Notes: generated from the sequence alone by a model not told the origin. Positions 41,001 to 56,000 are shown, counted from the stretch's first letter. The stretch is DNA of 64,000 nucleotides from Torpedo marmorata (GCA_977017645.1 OZ360242.1:28582001-28646000), one strand, 5' to 3'. Program-made: numbers and translations.

Positions 41001-44000
41001 ATTCACACAGCCATCAGTAAGGAGACAGCTAGAAGGTTGACACACGTCAGATATAAAACATTTTGGTGCTCGGCTCTGCACCTACCTGGCAACACCTACA
41101 CAAACATGTGAATCATCATTCTCTGATATCAAATCATCCAGCAAACAGCTACAATGTCATCCTGGCAATTCCTGGACCAAAAAAGGGGCTTCCTATAAAT
41201 TTGCACATTTGCTTTGTGGAATCAAGAGGACCATGTGTATGCATGCAATGGATTGTTTTGGAACAGCCATTCTCAATGGGGACCATACACTGGGGGCCAC
41301 AGCATATTTAAGTGGGGCCGTGGAGTGAAATCATAAAATATTTTTTACATTTTTTTATGTAATCGGTAGGCGAGAAGTATGGAAAAGCCAAGTAAACGTG
41401 ACTGCTTCACAGAGAATGGGGCTCATAAACTATGAGCATATAAGCAGAGTCCTTAGGGGGCCATAGCCAAAAACAAGGTTTAAAATGGTTGGTTTAGAGC
41501 ACAACAACCAGTTTTCGTATTATATAATTTCTTGCAGGTTTGCTGCCGATAGAGTTGGTGAAGAGCTCCTTATTCACCTCAAGATTCTTTTAAGCAGAAG
41601 TAGTGGCTGATAGGTGCCACATATTAAAATTCACTGCTCATTAGGTTGCCTTCACAGAGGCAATCTACTCAGGGAATTCATCTCCTTTTGAGTTGGGAGG
41701 TAAAAGCATCATTTGCACATGGATTAATTTACGGAGGAGACCTCCTGATGTTCAGGAAGTGAAAATATGGATACAAGTCATGATCACTGCTCTTTCTATA
41801 GGGATGGATGTGACTTCGATCACAGCCAGTTACACTCAGTTGGTGCCAAGGACTCCTCGTCTATCTCACACAGATCACCCGCACAATTCCAGCATACATT
41901 TCAAGCACTCGCAAATTTCCAAGTTATGATTCTTCTTTCAATTTACTTGAATGCTAATTCTAAAATCATAATAAAAAGTATTTACCAGTGCTTCATTATC
42001 AGAGAACGATTGAAGATCAGAGAGTGATGCTTGACTCAAATACAGTCCCAGATATTGAGAAAACCAAGCAGTGGAGTTCAGGACGGGATCGCTTGCATTG
42101 TAACATTTTGGTTTGGGATCTGTAATGCAATGTGGGTAAAACACTTTAGTGATAGGAAGGTACTTACCATAAAATGTAATGGACCTTATGTCTCAACTTA
42201 ACTGTTTCATTTACCAGCCTATCTATCTTTATAACCCTAGCATCTAGTATTCCCTTCACTGTCATGAAAGCCACTTGGGGTAGAAAACATCAATAATCCT
42301 TTAATAGCTGTCCAGTTCAGCTGCCCTCTGCACATCGCGTTTGACTAAGGATAAGAAATAGGAACGGAGAAATCTATGACAATAATAAAAATATGGTTTG
42401 AGCTGCACTTTCAGAATACATTTTAATTGATAATAGAATATTCACATGGAATTCTTATTACAAATGCTGTTTCTATTCTAAATGTTGAGAACTAAAAATG
42501 ACGACATGGGAAATGGATTTTGTGGAGTAGCTTTCTGTCAATTCCAAAACTTTTAACATTTCGTGGAAACGGATTTAAATAAAATCAAGCGGTGATTTGC
42601 CAACAACTGACATGCAGTTTATTCCACTTTCAACCGGAAACATCCAAACACCTGACTATTCAAAAATCTTTCCTCACAAAACAGAACTTACATGGTGAAT
42701 TAATGCAATTAGATGTCCCAACTACCCTTCATATTCCATGCCATTCGCCACAGGAAATCTAAAACATTGTGCTATCTTAACTATCTTTTTTAACAAAATG
42801 GATTACTCAAACATGACCACCATTAGATCTGCTGCTTACCATTTTTTCCAAGTTTCTCGCCTCTTTAAAGAAATATCCTTTCTTGGGATGTAATTTCCAA
42901 GATCCAAGAGCCTTTGTATGTTGAGCATCAACGAATGATTCAACCACAGACTGCATTGCAGTTATCTTTCAACCTGCATCTACCAGTCATCTACTCATGA
43001 TGCAATTCTATCGCAGCGTAGGCACCATTTTACATTCTCCCTCTTCTCATCTAAAAAACTCACATTAACTGCAAGCCTACTTTTGTAACTTTAGAATAAA
43101 ACAAATTACTCCACCTTGCAGCAGGTAAGTTCTGATCCCATTGTAGATTTCGGTCTGTTTTTCTGAGCTCAACTTCGGGTAATGGACATTCAGTGCTTTC
43201 ACACTAAAGGTGAAATTAAATAATAAATTATTCCTTTTGATATCAAATTAAATTGCAGTGAAGCTGACTTAAAACAAAATCATATAAGTGGGGAAAATGA
43301 TAAAGTACACACTCATACAGTCAAGAATACCCGCACATATTCATTCTTGCACGCTCATGCACACTTATGTGCACATACAATATGGAGATATACTCACACT
43401 GAGGAAACACACAATGCTAATCACACACAGAACTGATGCACTACAGCAAATTAAGAAGTCTGGCCTTAAATTCATCTCAAAAATTTGTTTCAGTTTGAGA
43501 TATTGAAATCTTACCACAGCAAGTAATTGTAGAAGTATTACGGTGTTATGACAATGGATAATTTATTTCAAAAATTAATTATCCACGCACTCACTCATTT
43601 AACAATTGGAAAGGACGATTTAATTCATTAATGCAATAACATGCTTGGGCCAATGTGGGATATATTGGAAATAAATGTGGAAATAATTGATTGACGTTGA
43701 GCCAAATTCAAGCAGCAGTAAGTCTGAGGAATAGATCAGATGAAACCATAATAATAAATATTAAACTACTGCTCGGTAACAAAGGATTAATGGTGGTTTA
43801 GGAAACATTAGCCTCATAATTATTCATTAACCTTGCACAATTGGTGTTGTGGGAAAAAATAACCTTGAGTCAGAATAATATGGGTATTTTCCCAGCTCTA
43901 ATGAGAAGTACCATAAATTCTATTCATCCTTCCACAGAAAATGAATTTCATCTGCATTTTCTGCTTTTATGTTTTGATATTTTGCGGGTGACTTTAGAAA

Positions 44001-47000
44001 CATTACGATAAAACTAAACCAGGAGATCGCTGATGTTTCTGTGGATACCTTTCAAGGTGAGCAGTGAAACGTTTAGGGGAGTTGTCAGAGGCAAGTTTTA
44101 TTTTTAAACAGAGAGAGTGGTGGGTGCCTGGAATGCATTGCCAGGGGTAATGGTGGAAGCTGATACAATGGGGACATTTAAAAGACTAAGACACATGGAT
44201 ATCAGAAATAGAGCGGATTATGGGTATGAGGTAGGGAAGGATTAGATTGTTGTGGAGTAGTTTTACATGAGTCGGCACAACATTGTTCTTTGTTCTCTAC
44301 CTGCATGTCTATTTTTGCTGCTGAACATTGCTGTGATGTCTTTTCCGATAAAATGTGGCATGCTATCGTGTGTCCTGTATGGCTTTGAATTACTGAATTT
44401 AACAGGAAATAGCCTGAAATTCTAGACATTTTCATTCAGTTTAGAAATATACATACATTCTTCTGTAGGGAAGACAGGGTACACTGAGGGTGCGATTGGA
44501 AACCAAAAGGCGTGTGGTAATAAATGGCAGATATGGGGCCAGTCTGACATTAAGCCATTCATCCACCTCTGCATCTGTGAGTTCAGAGAGACCTTCAGTA
44601 AACCAAATCCACACACCCTCCAGAACAGCAGCCAAAAGATTCCTCTGAAAAAGGAAAAGGAAATGTTGTTGTTTTAAAACGATATTCCTGATATCTTATC
44701 CGTTCACATCAATTCCCACAGCCTGGCCTCTGGCATTTCTGAAACAATTAGACTCAACAGCGAACATCACAGTACGACTTGGAGGGGATAAAGCTGGCAT
44801 TCTCTGATACTGATTAACGATTGTAATCTATAACCCCATCTTTGCAACACTGGTGAATTATCTTGTACAGTTGTAAACCCACTATTATTATTGATCAGTT
44901 ATAGCACTAAATATAGATATGACAAAGTCAGGCAAAAGATTTGAAAACTCATTAGATGGGATATAGGCATTTCAATGATTATTGTTGTAATGCTTCAGTG
45001 TTTAATCACTGGAAGAGCTTATGAATGTGAAATGAACAAGCAATAGACAATAGGTGCAGGAGTAGGCCATTCGGCCCTTCGAGCCAGCACCGCCATTCAC
45101 TGTGATTATGGCTGATCATCCACTATCAGTACCCCGTTCCTGCCTTCTCCCCATATCCCTTGACTCTGCTATCTTTAAGAGCTCTATCTAACTCTTTCTT
45201 GAAAGCATTTAGAGAATTGGCCTCCACTGCCTTCTGAGGCAGAGCATTCCACAGATCCACAACTCTCTGGGTGAAAAAGTTTTTCCTCAACTCCGTTCTA
45301 AATGGCCTACCCCTTATTCTTAAACTGTTGTCTCTGGTTCGCGACTCCCCCAACATCGGGAACATGTTTCTTGCCTCTAGTGTGTCCAATCCCTTAACAA
45401 TCTTATATGTTTCAATCAGATCCCCTCTCATCCTTCTAAATTGCAGTGTATACAAGCCCAATCACTCTAATCTTTCAACATGTGACAGTCCTGCCATCCC
45501 GGGAATTAACCTCGTGAAGCAGTAAATTTAACAACCGTGCTCCATTATATTTACAATTTCCTTGCTATACATATTGCTCTGTTTATTATGGTCGTGCTGT
45601 CCCATTAATGAAGCACTTTGACATCATGAAACTACTCGAATGGTACAGAAAACTTGCACAATGTTCTGTTACATTGAACACATTTTGGGACTACACTTTG
45701 GGAACTGAGAAAAGGAAATAACAGTTGCAACTTACATCTCGGGTTGCATTGGCGAAAGCATCTAAAAACCTCGTTAGATTTTGGACGGGTTTAATTTTGA
45801 GCACCACCTTTGTTAAAATATCGCGGTCATCAACGAATCCCGGAGTACTCAGTAGGTCGGCCAATTCATTTAGATCAATACTATTCAGCACCTGAAAAGA
45901 CACAAAGGGGAATTTCTGAATTCTACAGGAATAACTGAACACAAACCAGGCAAAACAAATGAAAGCGTGCTCAACACCCATGCCAAAAATCTTTTGCTTT
46001 TGTTTGATTTTCTGTAGTAGTCATGTTACATCATGAACAGCTTGGAATTTCACCTGAAAGAGAATCAGAATTGATTCAACTCCATTCCTGCTTTTCGCAC
46101 ATACACCTAGATCTCTTTAGCCTTCAGAACCAGATTTAACTCTTTCTTAAATTATATTAATGATTTAGCTTTAACTGCTCTTTGCAATAGAGAATTCCAC
46201 AGATTCATTGCGATCCTCAACTCAATTTTAAGTGGCCTTCTCCATTTTCCTCAAGCTTAAGTTACAGGTTCTGGAGTTCTCACCATTGGGAACATCCTTC
46301 CTGCATCTAGACTGTCCACTGCAGGCAGGAGTTCAGTTATGTCTCTCCGAAGTGTATTCATTATTTCATTGTGAGCACAGCCACCACCAATGTGTTTTTT
46401 TTCCAATCCTCTCTGCAATCACTCTTCCATTCTCCAAAAGAGTCCTTCTGTCACTCTATTGCCCACTTTGTCTCTCTCTATGAGTTTAATCTGGAGCTTT
46501 ACCTGCTGTCTTTCTATCTTATCATCTGGTGATTCAAAACCAATGAATGAGCATCACACTTGTTACCTTAAATAAATATTTCTCATCTCTATTTACTCTG
46601 CAGAAGGTCATGGATGCAAGGAAATTCAAGGAAGTGAACAATGAAGTCCTGAAACATTGATGTTATGAAAGAGAAGGTGCTGGCCGTCTCAAGATGCGTA
46701 AAGGAGGATTATTCCCTGAGGCCTGACAAACTGGATCGTATGACCTTGTGGGAAGCAAGGCAAGAAATACCAAGGGGCTGGTGGATATATTTATATGCTC
46801 TTTAGCCATAGTTGAGGTACTGAAAGTTTGGATGATGACCAATGCTGTGCCTTTATACAAGAAGAACTGCAAGGACTGTAATGATAGAGTACTAGTGATA
46901 ATCCTGACCACTAGAGGGAGTCGGAGACGAGTTGTTGCAGCTAGGAGTAGATTAAAAATGGATCCCTCCACGAGGTCGTGAGTATTATAGCTAATAAAGT

Positions 47001-50000
47001 ATAGTTGTTATAAAAGAACCCAAGTTTCTTTATGACAATAAAAGAAACATCACATGGTACCAGGAGTGGGGTAAACACTAGGAGTGTGCAGAGTGAGAAT
47101 CAGTCGATAGCAGCAGAAAACATGGAGAGTGTAAAGGCTCCTGACGCTGTCAATTGGACTGGAAATGTCGATCACGAGTGGAGGTTGTTCAAACAGTGAT
47201 TTATGCTGTACCTGTAAGCCATTGGACTCGATAGCAAACCTGATGCACGGAAGACTGCACTGCTACTTACCGTGGCGGGACCTCAAGCACTAGAGGTTTT
47301 CAACACATTTGTTTTTGCCGAGGCAGCTGACCAGGGCAAGTTCGACAAGGTTACCTCTTGAACGTTTCATTTTTCTTTCACTGTTCACCAAAGAAAAATT
47401 AAACGTTCAAGAGGTAAGTGTTTCGCTTGCGCACTCAGCTGCAGGGAGAGAGCTTTGATACTTTTTTAACGGACTTGAAATTAAAAGCAGGAACAAGCAA
47501 TTTCGGACAGCTGCAAGTTTGAATGATCCGTGATCAAATTGTGTTCAGGATTATTGATAAGAAAGTGAGAGAGAGATTGCTGCGAGAGACAGAGCTTACC
47601 TTAGATGGAGCTGTGAAGATATGCCACGCCAGTGAAATAGCTCAGCAGCACGTGAGAAAGTTTGGTTATAGTGCAAAAGCCAGTGAAAATGAAGGCACAG
47701 CCATAGCCACAGTGTCTGGACACACACAGAAACAAAAAACGAGAAATAGGAAACAACAAAAAGGTGGAGAGACATTCAATTGTAAACGATGTGGCACTCA
47801 GCATGTACCAAAACAAAGCCCAGCCTATGGAAAAGTCTGTAATAAGTGCAAAGGGCAGAATCATTACGCAAAGCAATGTTTTTCCAAAGGGAAACAAAAC
47901 AGAAGTGAAAGCGTGCACACTATACACACTATAGAAGAAACTGCTCTCAGTGATGCACTCTTCTTTTGCATGGTAGTGCAGAAAGACTATAAACCAACAG
48001 ACACTGAACAGCTAAGCATGAACAGAGTCGAGCAGGATAAGTGGACTGTGTCATTGCATACAAATGGAACAAATATTCCTTTCAAGCTGGACACAGGGGC
48101 AAAGGTCAATTTGATCTGTGAGAGCGATAAAAGTGCAATGAAGATAAAGCCATACATCCATGCAAATCCTGTACAGCTCAAAGCCTACAATGGACAGAAC
48201 ATCGACACGAAAGGTACATGTAAACTTAAGGTGAAAGTTCAAAGTAAAGAGCACCACCTCAGGTTCACAGTAGTCCCAGATGGACATGAATCATTGCTTG
48301 GTGACAAAGCATGTGAAAACTTAAGCCTAGCCAAGAGGGTGTACCACATTAACAGCGACAATGCACGGAACAGCATAGAGGAAATACTGGATCAATTTCC
48401 AGACATCTTCAAGGGGTTTGGAGTTCTACCATTCACCAAAAAGATACAGTTAAAAGAGGACACACAGCCAGTAGGGCATGCCCCGAGGCGGGTTCCAGCG
48501 CTACTGAAAGAAAAGCTCAAGCAGGAACTCGACCGAATGACAGCACGAGGGGTCATAAAGAAAGTGGAGGAGCCCACAGAATGAGTGAATTCAATGGTGT
48601 GTGTCAAAAAGAAGAACGGTGACCTACGCGTGTACATGGACCCAAAAGACTTGAATGCCAATATAAAGAGAGAACATTATCAGATTCCAACGGGGGATGA
48701 AATTACAAGGAAAATGGCCAGTGCAAAGTTTTTCACTAAATTGGATGCATCCCAGGGCTCCTGGCAAATAAAACTGCACGAAGATAGCACAAAATACTGT
48801 ACATTTAAAACATCGTTTGGCCGATACTCCTGTCTGAGGATACCTTTTGGAAATTCCTCAGCTCTGGAAGTGTTCCACAGAACAATGGGGCACATCATAG
48901 AAGGCATAAATGGGTTACGTGTGTACATTGATGACATGATCCTATGGGGTCCACACAAGAACAACACAACAAGAGGCTCATCAAAGTGCTACAAAAGTAT
49001 GGGTTAAAGCTAAACAGAGCAAAATGTCAGTTTGATGTGAAGGAAATCACCGTTTTGGGAGATAAACTGTCAGAGGCTGGTGTGGAGCCTGCTGAAAACA
49101 CAAGAAACACTGCAGAAACAGACAAATGCAGAGGATCCAGCCTGCACAGCAACAGAGGTAACACCACCAGTGCTCGACAGTAGTGGACCAGCAGAGCCGA
49201 CACAAGCACCTGTGCTAAGAAGATCCACACGCGTTATCAAAGCACCTGACAGACTGAATCTCTCAAAGAAAATGAAATGCACACTCAAAAAGTATGTTCT
49301 GCTGATGTTTGTGTTTATGTTTGTGTTGAACTTTAACTTGAAATGAATACTGTATTAGTGTGTCATGTTGTTAGATTAAACATCTCAAGGAAAGGGGATG
49401 TAATGATTGAGTGCTAGTGATAATCCTAACCACTAGAGGGAGTCGGAGATGGGTTGTTGCAGCGAGGAGTAGATTCAAAATGGATGCCTCCACGAGGTCG
49501 TGAGTACCATAGCCAATAAAGTATAGTTGTTATTACTAATGACAGTTCTTCTCTTTTTTGTGCCACGTTTATTAGACTAATTAATCTAGCGATATTATCT
49601 TTTGAATATCTGTTTCTAATAAAGCCTGCCTGATCTCCATGGACTAAGTCTGGTAAGAACTTAGCCACTCTGTTTGCTAAAATGTTCGCCATTATTTTAT
49701 AATCCACATTTAACAACGATATTGGTCTATATGATTCTGTTCTCAACAAGTCTCTATCTTTTTTCGGTATAACTGTTATTAATGCATTGGTGAAGGATTC
49801 CGGTAGAGAATGGGTTTCCGTTATTTGTTTTAACACCTCCATATAAGGAGGAATCAATAAGTCCTTAAATTTCTTATAAAACTCTGATGGGAAACCATCC
49901 TCCCCCAGAGATTTCCCACTTGTCAAAGAACTAAGAACCCCATCGACTTCCCTCATCGTAAATGGTGAATCTAAAGATTCTTTACTAAGTGTATCTAACC

Positions 50001-53000
50001 TGGGCATCTTAATTTTGGATAAAAATTTGTTAATTTTCGAATCATCTTTATCGGCTTGAGATGCATATAAATTCAAATAAAAATCTTTGAAAGAATCATT
50101 TATTTCTCGCGGTTTATAAGTTATTTTCTTAGAATTCTTTTTTATAGCCGTTATAGTTCTAGAGGTTTGTTCCTTCTTTAATTGCCAGGCTAAAACTTTA
50201 TGAGCTCTTTCTCCCAGATTAACTCGGATAAAAGTGAAATTATGCCTTTAACACAAGGGGACTATAGCGATTGTAAAGAAATTACACAATTTAAATGGGC
50301 AAAGGGAGGAATTAAATATTTGGGAATAAAGATTGATACAAAATTATCAAATTTGTATAAATTAAATTATTTACCACTATTTGTGAATATAAAAAAGGAT
50401 TTGGAGAGATGGAAGGATTTGCCTATAACTTTAATGGGAAGGGTAAATTGTATTAAAATGAACGTTTTTCCGAGAATTCAGTATCTTTTTCAATCAATTC
50501 CTTATGAAATCCATCAGAAGTTTTTTAAGGATTTAAATTTAATTATTAGGACATTTTTGTGGAAAGGAAAGTTGGCGAGAGTAGGATTGGAGAAATTAAC
50601 CTGGAACTACGAAATGGGTGGTCTAAAGCTTCCTAATTTTCAATATTATTATAAAGCAGCCCAACTAAAATTTATTAACAAATTGTTTGATTTAGGGAAG
50701 CTCTCTGCTTGGATGAGAATAGAATTAAATAATATAGGAGAGGATTTGAAAGAAGAAGTCATTTATAAATGGAATTCTAAATTATTATTAACAAGAGGGA
50801 AAAATTCTCCTATTTTTAGGCACTTGTTAGAAATATGGAATAGAGTGGATAGAGAAATAGGAGCGAAAGGATCAATTTCTCGAAGAATGCCTCCATATCA
50901 AAATGAACTTATTCCATTTACTGTTGATAATCAACTATTTAAAATTTGGTTCCAAAAGGGAATTAAGGAAATAAATGATTGTTTTGAAGCTGGTAACTTT
51001 ATTACGTTTCAAAGAATGAAAGGTAAATTTAGTGTAGCAAATAATACAATCTTTGCTTATTATCAAATTAGGGCGTTTTTAGTTGAAAGGTTGGGCCACG
51101 GTTTGACCTTACCAAGACAGACTGAATTGGAATTGTTAGTTACTAATGGAGGTGTGCCTAAATTTATTTCTCAAATGTACAGATTGTTACAGAGGAAACT
51201 TCCTAAAACAGGAATTCATAAATCAAGATTAAATTGGGAAAAAGATTTGAATGTAACAATAGATGAAGAACACTGGAAAGAATTATGTAAACAAAGTATG
51301 ACGAAGATTATTAATGTTAGATATAGATTGGTGCAATATAATTTTTTTCATCAACTATATTTAACACCTAAAAGACTAAAGAAATTTAATCCGACATTAT
51401 CTGGTTTATGTTTTAGATGTAATAAAGAGGAAGGTTCTTTTGTACATTCTACATGGTTTTGTCCAAAAGTTTATGATTTTTGGTTGAAAGTTAAAAAATT
51501 TTTAGATAAAGTATTAGGAACTACACTTCCAATGGATCCTATGATATTTTTGTTTGGAGATATTGAAGGAACCAGTGTTAAAGTGAAATTAAATATGTAC
51601 CAGACAGAATTTTTACGTATTGCTTTAGCCGTTTCTAAGAAATGTATTGTCACTACATGGAAGTCGGATGTAGATTTAGGGTTGGAAAGATGGCACGCAG
51701 AATTGCGTTCATGCATACCACTCGAAAAAATTACATATAATTTACGTGATAAGTATCATTTCTTTTTGGAAGTATGGAGCCCATATATAAAAATTGTTGG
51801 TTTAAGGATTTGAAGATCTCTGGACATCGGGTCTGGCTGGCGAGCCTATCCTCCACAATAAGATCAGTTTATAGTTGTTCTTTTTAGATTGACATTCTCC
51901 TTACTCTATCCTTTTCTTCTTCTTTCTTTCTTTTCGGGAAGGTTAGGGAGGGGAGGGAGGGGGGTGAAAATGTATCACATGTAATTTGAGAAATTTGCGT
52001 TTTAAACTGTGTATTGTGTGATTTAAAAATTTTAAATAAAATATTTAAAAAAAAGTATAGTTGTTATAAAAGAACCCAATTTTCTTTATTACAATAAAAG
52101 AAACATCACAAGGACAAGTCAGGGAACTACACACTGATCAGCCTAGCATCAGTGGTGGAAAGGTTCCTGGAGAGGATTCTGAGAAATGGGAATATCTGGA
52201 TTCAGGATTTAGTGCACCCTTCCATATCCACATCGCAGTTATCATATGGTTTGCTAAGTCACTTCAGAGTCAACAACAGTGGACATGGAGTCACATAAAG
52301 ATGTCCTCACTTGAAGGGTCAAAGAGAAGAGAGGTAAACAGGAGATTTCTAACTGTCAATTCATCATTATTGTGTCTTTTTTCAACAAGATAATTGACTG
52401 GAGGTGAATTTAAACAACCTCGGGGTGAGTAGACCAGGGAAGAACTGCTGCACCTTTTGCATCACACTTAAATTATGGGGTGGTGGATGAGATGAAATTT
52501 TGCAGGACACTTGCTCGAATCTGGTTTGGGGTTGTTGACAACGTTGAGGTGCTCCCTTAACAATCCTTCCCCCTGCATTAAAAATAACAATCTTGAATTA
52601 CACCACACTCAGAAGAGAGTTTGCGTGACAATGTTTGGCAGTTAAGCTTTGGTTTGTGGTAATATTCCTGTCTCTGACATGGAAATTCTAAGATTCACAC
52701 ACATGTCCATACAGTCCCAGTGAGTGGAATCAAATTATTTGAAAACTTTAATGGAATTCTCTTGCCTGATAAGGATGGGTGGTCCTCGCCCATTTTTTGG
52801 GTTGTAGACGACTTTTAAACAATTTTGCTGCCTGAGAGAAATACTACCATCAGCTGGTGTTGAGATGCTTCGTCCATGCAAGGATCGGAGAATTTTGGTT
52901 TGGCCCACCAGCTTGTGAACCTATTTGGATGTTTACACAGTTCTCAAAGGAGAGAGTAATTTTACTATTTGTTGAATATCATGCGAACAAATTGCCTTTG

Positions 53001-56000
53001 AGAGCATGGAGAATTAGATGTCAATTAGAAATAGAATAAACCTGGTTATCAAAGAAGATGCTCTTTGGATAGCTGGTACATCTGAGATTGTAGGGAAAAT
53101 AACAGAAAAGATTTGTGCTTCACCTGATGACACTTTACATGGTCACCTGGGCAAGCTCTTACCCAAATCCCAAGAAACTCAGCCATTTGTGTAAGAAAAT
53201 CATACATTAAATATATCAGAAAGAGCTTTTACCAAATAACTTTTTTTTCTTTTTACCTCGGTTTCCCGATGAGGAGGAATCAGGGAAACTGCATCCTTCA
53301 GAGTTAGAAAGTTGAAGTAATTTTGGAAATAGCTCTTCAGGTATTCAATAAAACTGTTGTTTTCATAACACTGAAGAGGAAATGCTGAAAAACAATAAAT
53401 ATTCCATTTCTTTTCCATAACCCTATTAACTTAATGGAGATATTAACTATCATAATCATCTCAAATGTCAATTATGCAATGCAGTCTCCAATTCAAACAG
53501 GCAAGGCTAGAAATTCCAAAACTAAAGAGGCATGTTAAAGGGAAGGCCCATACCAGTTTAGTGCAAGGTGCCTCTTTTACAACATTTTATCAAGCACGCA
53601 GATCAAGTTGGGTGGGGTGGGGGAAATAGGCGTTGTGACCCTCACTGATCTTGATATTTAGCCCTGAACAAGGAAATCAGTTGGCAGACTCAACCAGGAG
53701 ATTGAAGGTCAGGAAAAATGGGAGGAGTGGTTGGTACTGGAACACCCAAATGTGAAGACATGTGTTTGGAGTGATGGAAAGATCAGATTTCTCCAGGAGG
53801 TCTACAGCTGTTGCTACATAGCTCTGAAACAAGTGCTAATTCCCTTATTTAATTTTTTTTTTTAGAGATACAACACGGTAACAGGCTCTTCCAACCCATG
53901 ATCCCGTGCCGCCCAAATGCACCAGTTATCCTAAAAAATCCACGTTTCTGGAATGTGAGAGGAAACGGGGCACCCGGAGGAATTTCACTGGGAGAACGTA
54001 CAAACTCCTTACAGACAGCACCAGATTCAAACCCTTCTTGCAGTTGTGGATAAGCCTTGCTTCCTGTTTGTCCAATATGGTGGATTGCAAACTTGCAGTT
54101 GGAAGTCACATTCCCTGCCCTTCTTTTTAGAAGTGTTAGTGGCTGCAGAGCCTTTTAAAAATGTGACCTGCGTGATGGAATTTAACCCATTGGTTCTGAG
54201 GAGTGCCGAGAAGAATAAACACACATGATCGATATTACAGTATAATACTGAGGACTGAGAGCATTATTAGAGAGTTAGAACATAGGAAAAACACCTGAGT
54301 TCAAACTACCATGAAGACAAACAATGTTCATACCTTCCGAGTTAATCAATATGGCTTCATATACATCTTCCTGAACACTCCTGTTCAGCTGGTTTTTGAC
54401 TGTGCTCAGTGCTGAAATTCTACAAAAAAAAAAAAATAAATGGATGAGATACATGGATCACTATTATGTATTGCAATGTTCACATAACAACAGACATTTC
54501 ACAGATTTGAAGTTCTGGTTAGGGTTCATGCAATAGGAACAATGACTGGGAATTTTTACTTGGAGGTCATCAGGTATCAGAGGACAATTCTGTTCATTAA
54601 TTTTATTGCATGGAAAATCCAGCAGGCACTAGCACACACACATCAATGCCAACAGCAAAATAATCACTAAATCCATCAGTTCACACAGAACTGGCTCATT
54701 TCTCTGAATATTTTCATTCTTAGCAAAGCAATCTTCTATCGATACAAGCAAAACTCCAAGCTGTCTGATGCGCCCATCAATAACTTCAAAAGACTAGAAG
54801 TTGTACTTGAACTGAAAGGCTTTTTATTAGCAATAGAATGGAGCCACGTCCATGTTGGTTATCTGTCCTGGACTGGGGGAGGAGCAGTGGCACAATCGCC
54901 TTTATTCAGGGGGTCTGTGGGAGGAGCTACAGGAACAGTCAGCAGAGGGCATGTCCTGACATCTTACCCAGCCACAACCTATATACAGTGGTTTACCACA
55001 CTGTCCGTACATTCACACATCTGGTACAATCAGACCCCTTATGGCTTTCAACACTTCAACACCAGTATCTTGTCATGTAAATGCTACGTGACAATCTGGA
55101 CCATTCCCAACTGAGCCTCGTGCTGCAGTGATTTGAGAGCTTAATTTTTCTAATTGTCAGGAGCAACAATGCAATTGCAATGGAGCACAGGCTTCAAGGC
55201 TGCCTTTGAATCTGACTGAGTGCAAAACATTGTGGAGCTGAATCCATCTTTTTCCAAACAGGAAGCAACCAGGACCAGACAATGCAAGGAAAAGACCAAA
55301 GTCTTTAATTTCAGATACTCTTCACTGCAACAAAAAGACTTGGTATTCCATTTGATAATTCCCTAGCAATTCAAAACTTACATGATTTGAAGCCCTTCAC
55401 AGTTCTCGGTGACAAAGATTAAGGGCAATGTGTTTTCTGTGAGCCCTGGAAGTAAATCCTGCAACCTTCTGTCAAACCAGACTTGAAGTTCAGTGTCATT
55501 GGCATTTGAAAGAATTGGCTGTGTGCGGTTCAGAATTTCTTGCAGTAATGTTGTTCTGACATCAGGAGTGAAAGTCACATTATTCTGAAAAAAAAAGTTC
55601 CAGGGGTGAGTGATTGTGGTTGGGTGAAGGAAGGGGATATGGGGGCAGGAAGGGGAGTGGTGGCGTGGGGAAACATATGACTCCAACACAATAACATCAG
55701 TAGTGATGAAAACAGTTTTCACATTAGCCTACTTTGCAGCAAATATATTCTGCAGAAAATGCAACGTACTCAACATTGAGAATTTTCTGAACACAGCTTG
55801 AAGATCTTAATTTTATTGAAAGAAAGGCAATAATTCTCTGACGCAATGAACAAACTAGTAGAATCAAGATTACTGAAGTTTCTCTGACATGCTTGGTACT
55901 CATGTGATGAATTCAATGTCAGCCTAATGTGAAGTGAAGCAGTGTCCTACCTTGCGGCTCGCTATGTTAAACCTTTCGATGAACTGGACCACAGTGTCAG

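Larger units (their letters stand above)
46700..52200 (+). mobile_element. Old CR1 RT fragment split by Gypsy 2 (pieces ~46700-46876 and 52111-52200)
   Basis: ..[16 protein letters not shown] | [21 protein letters not shown] reconstitutes the CR1 motif WRxANVxPLFKKG.[16 protein letters not shown]. Confidence 0.75.
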
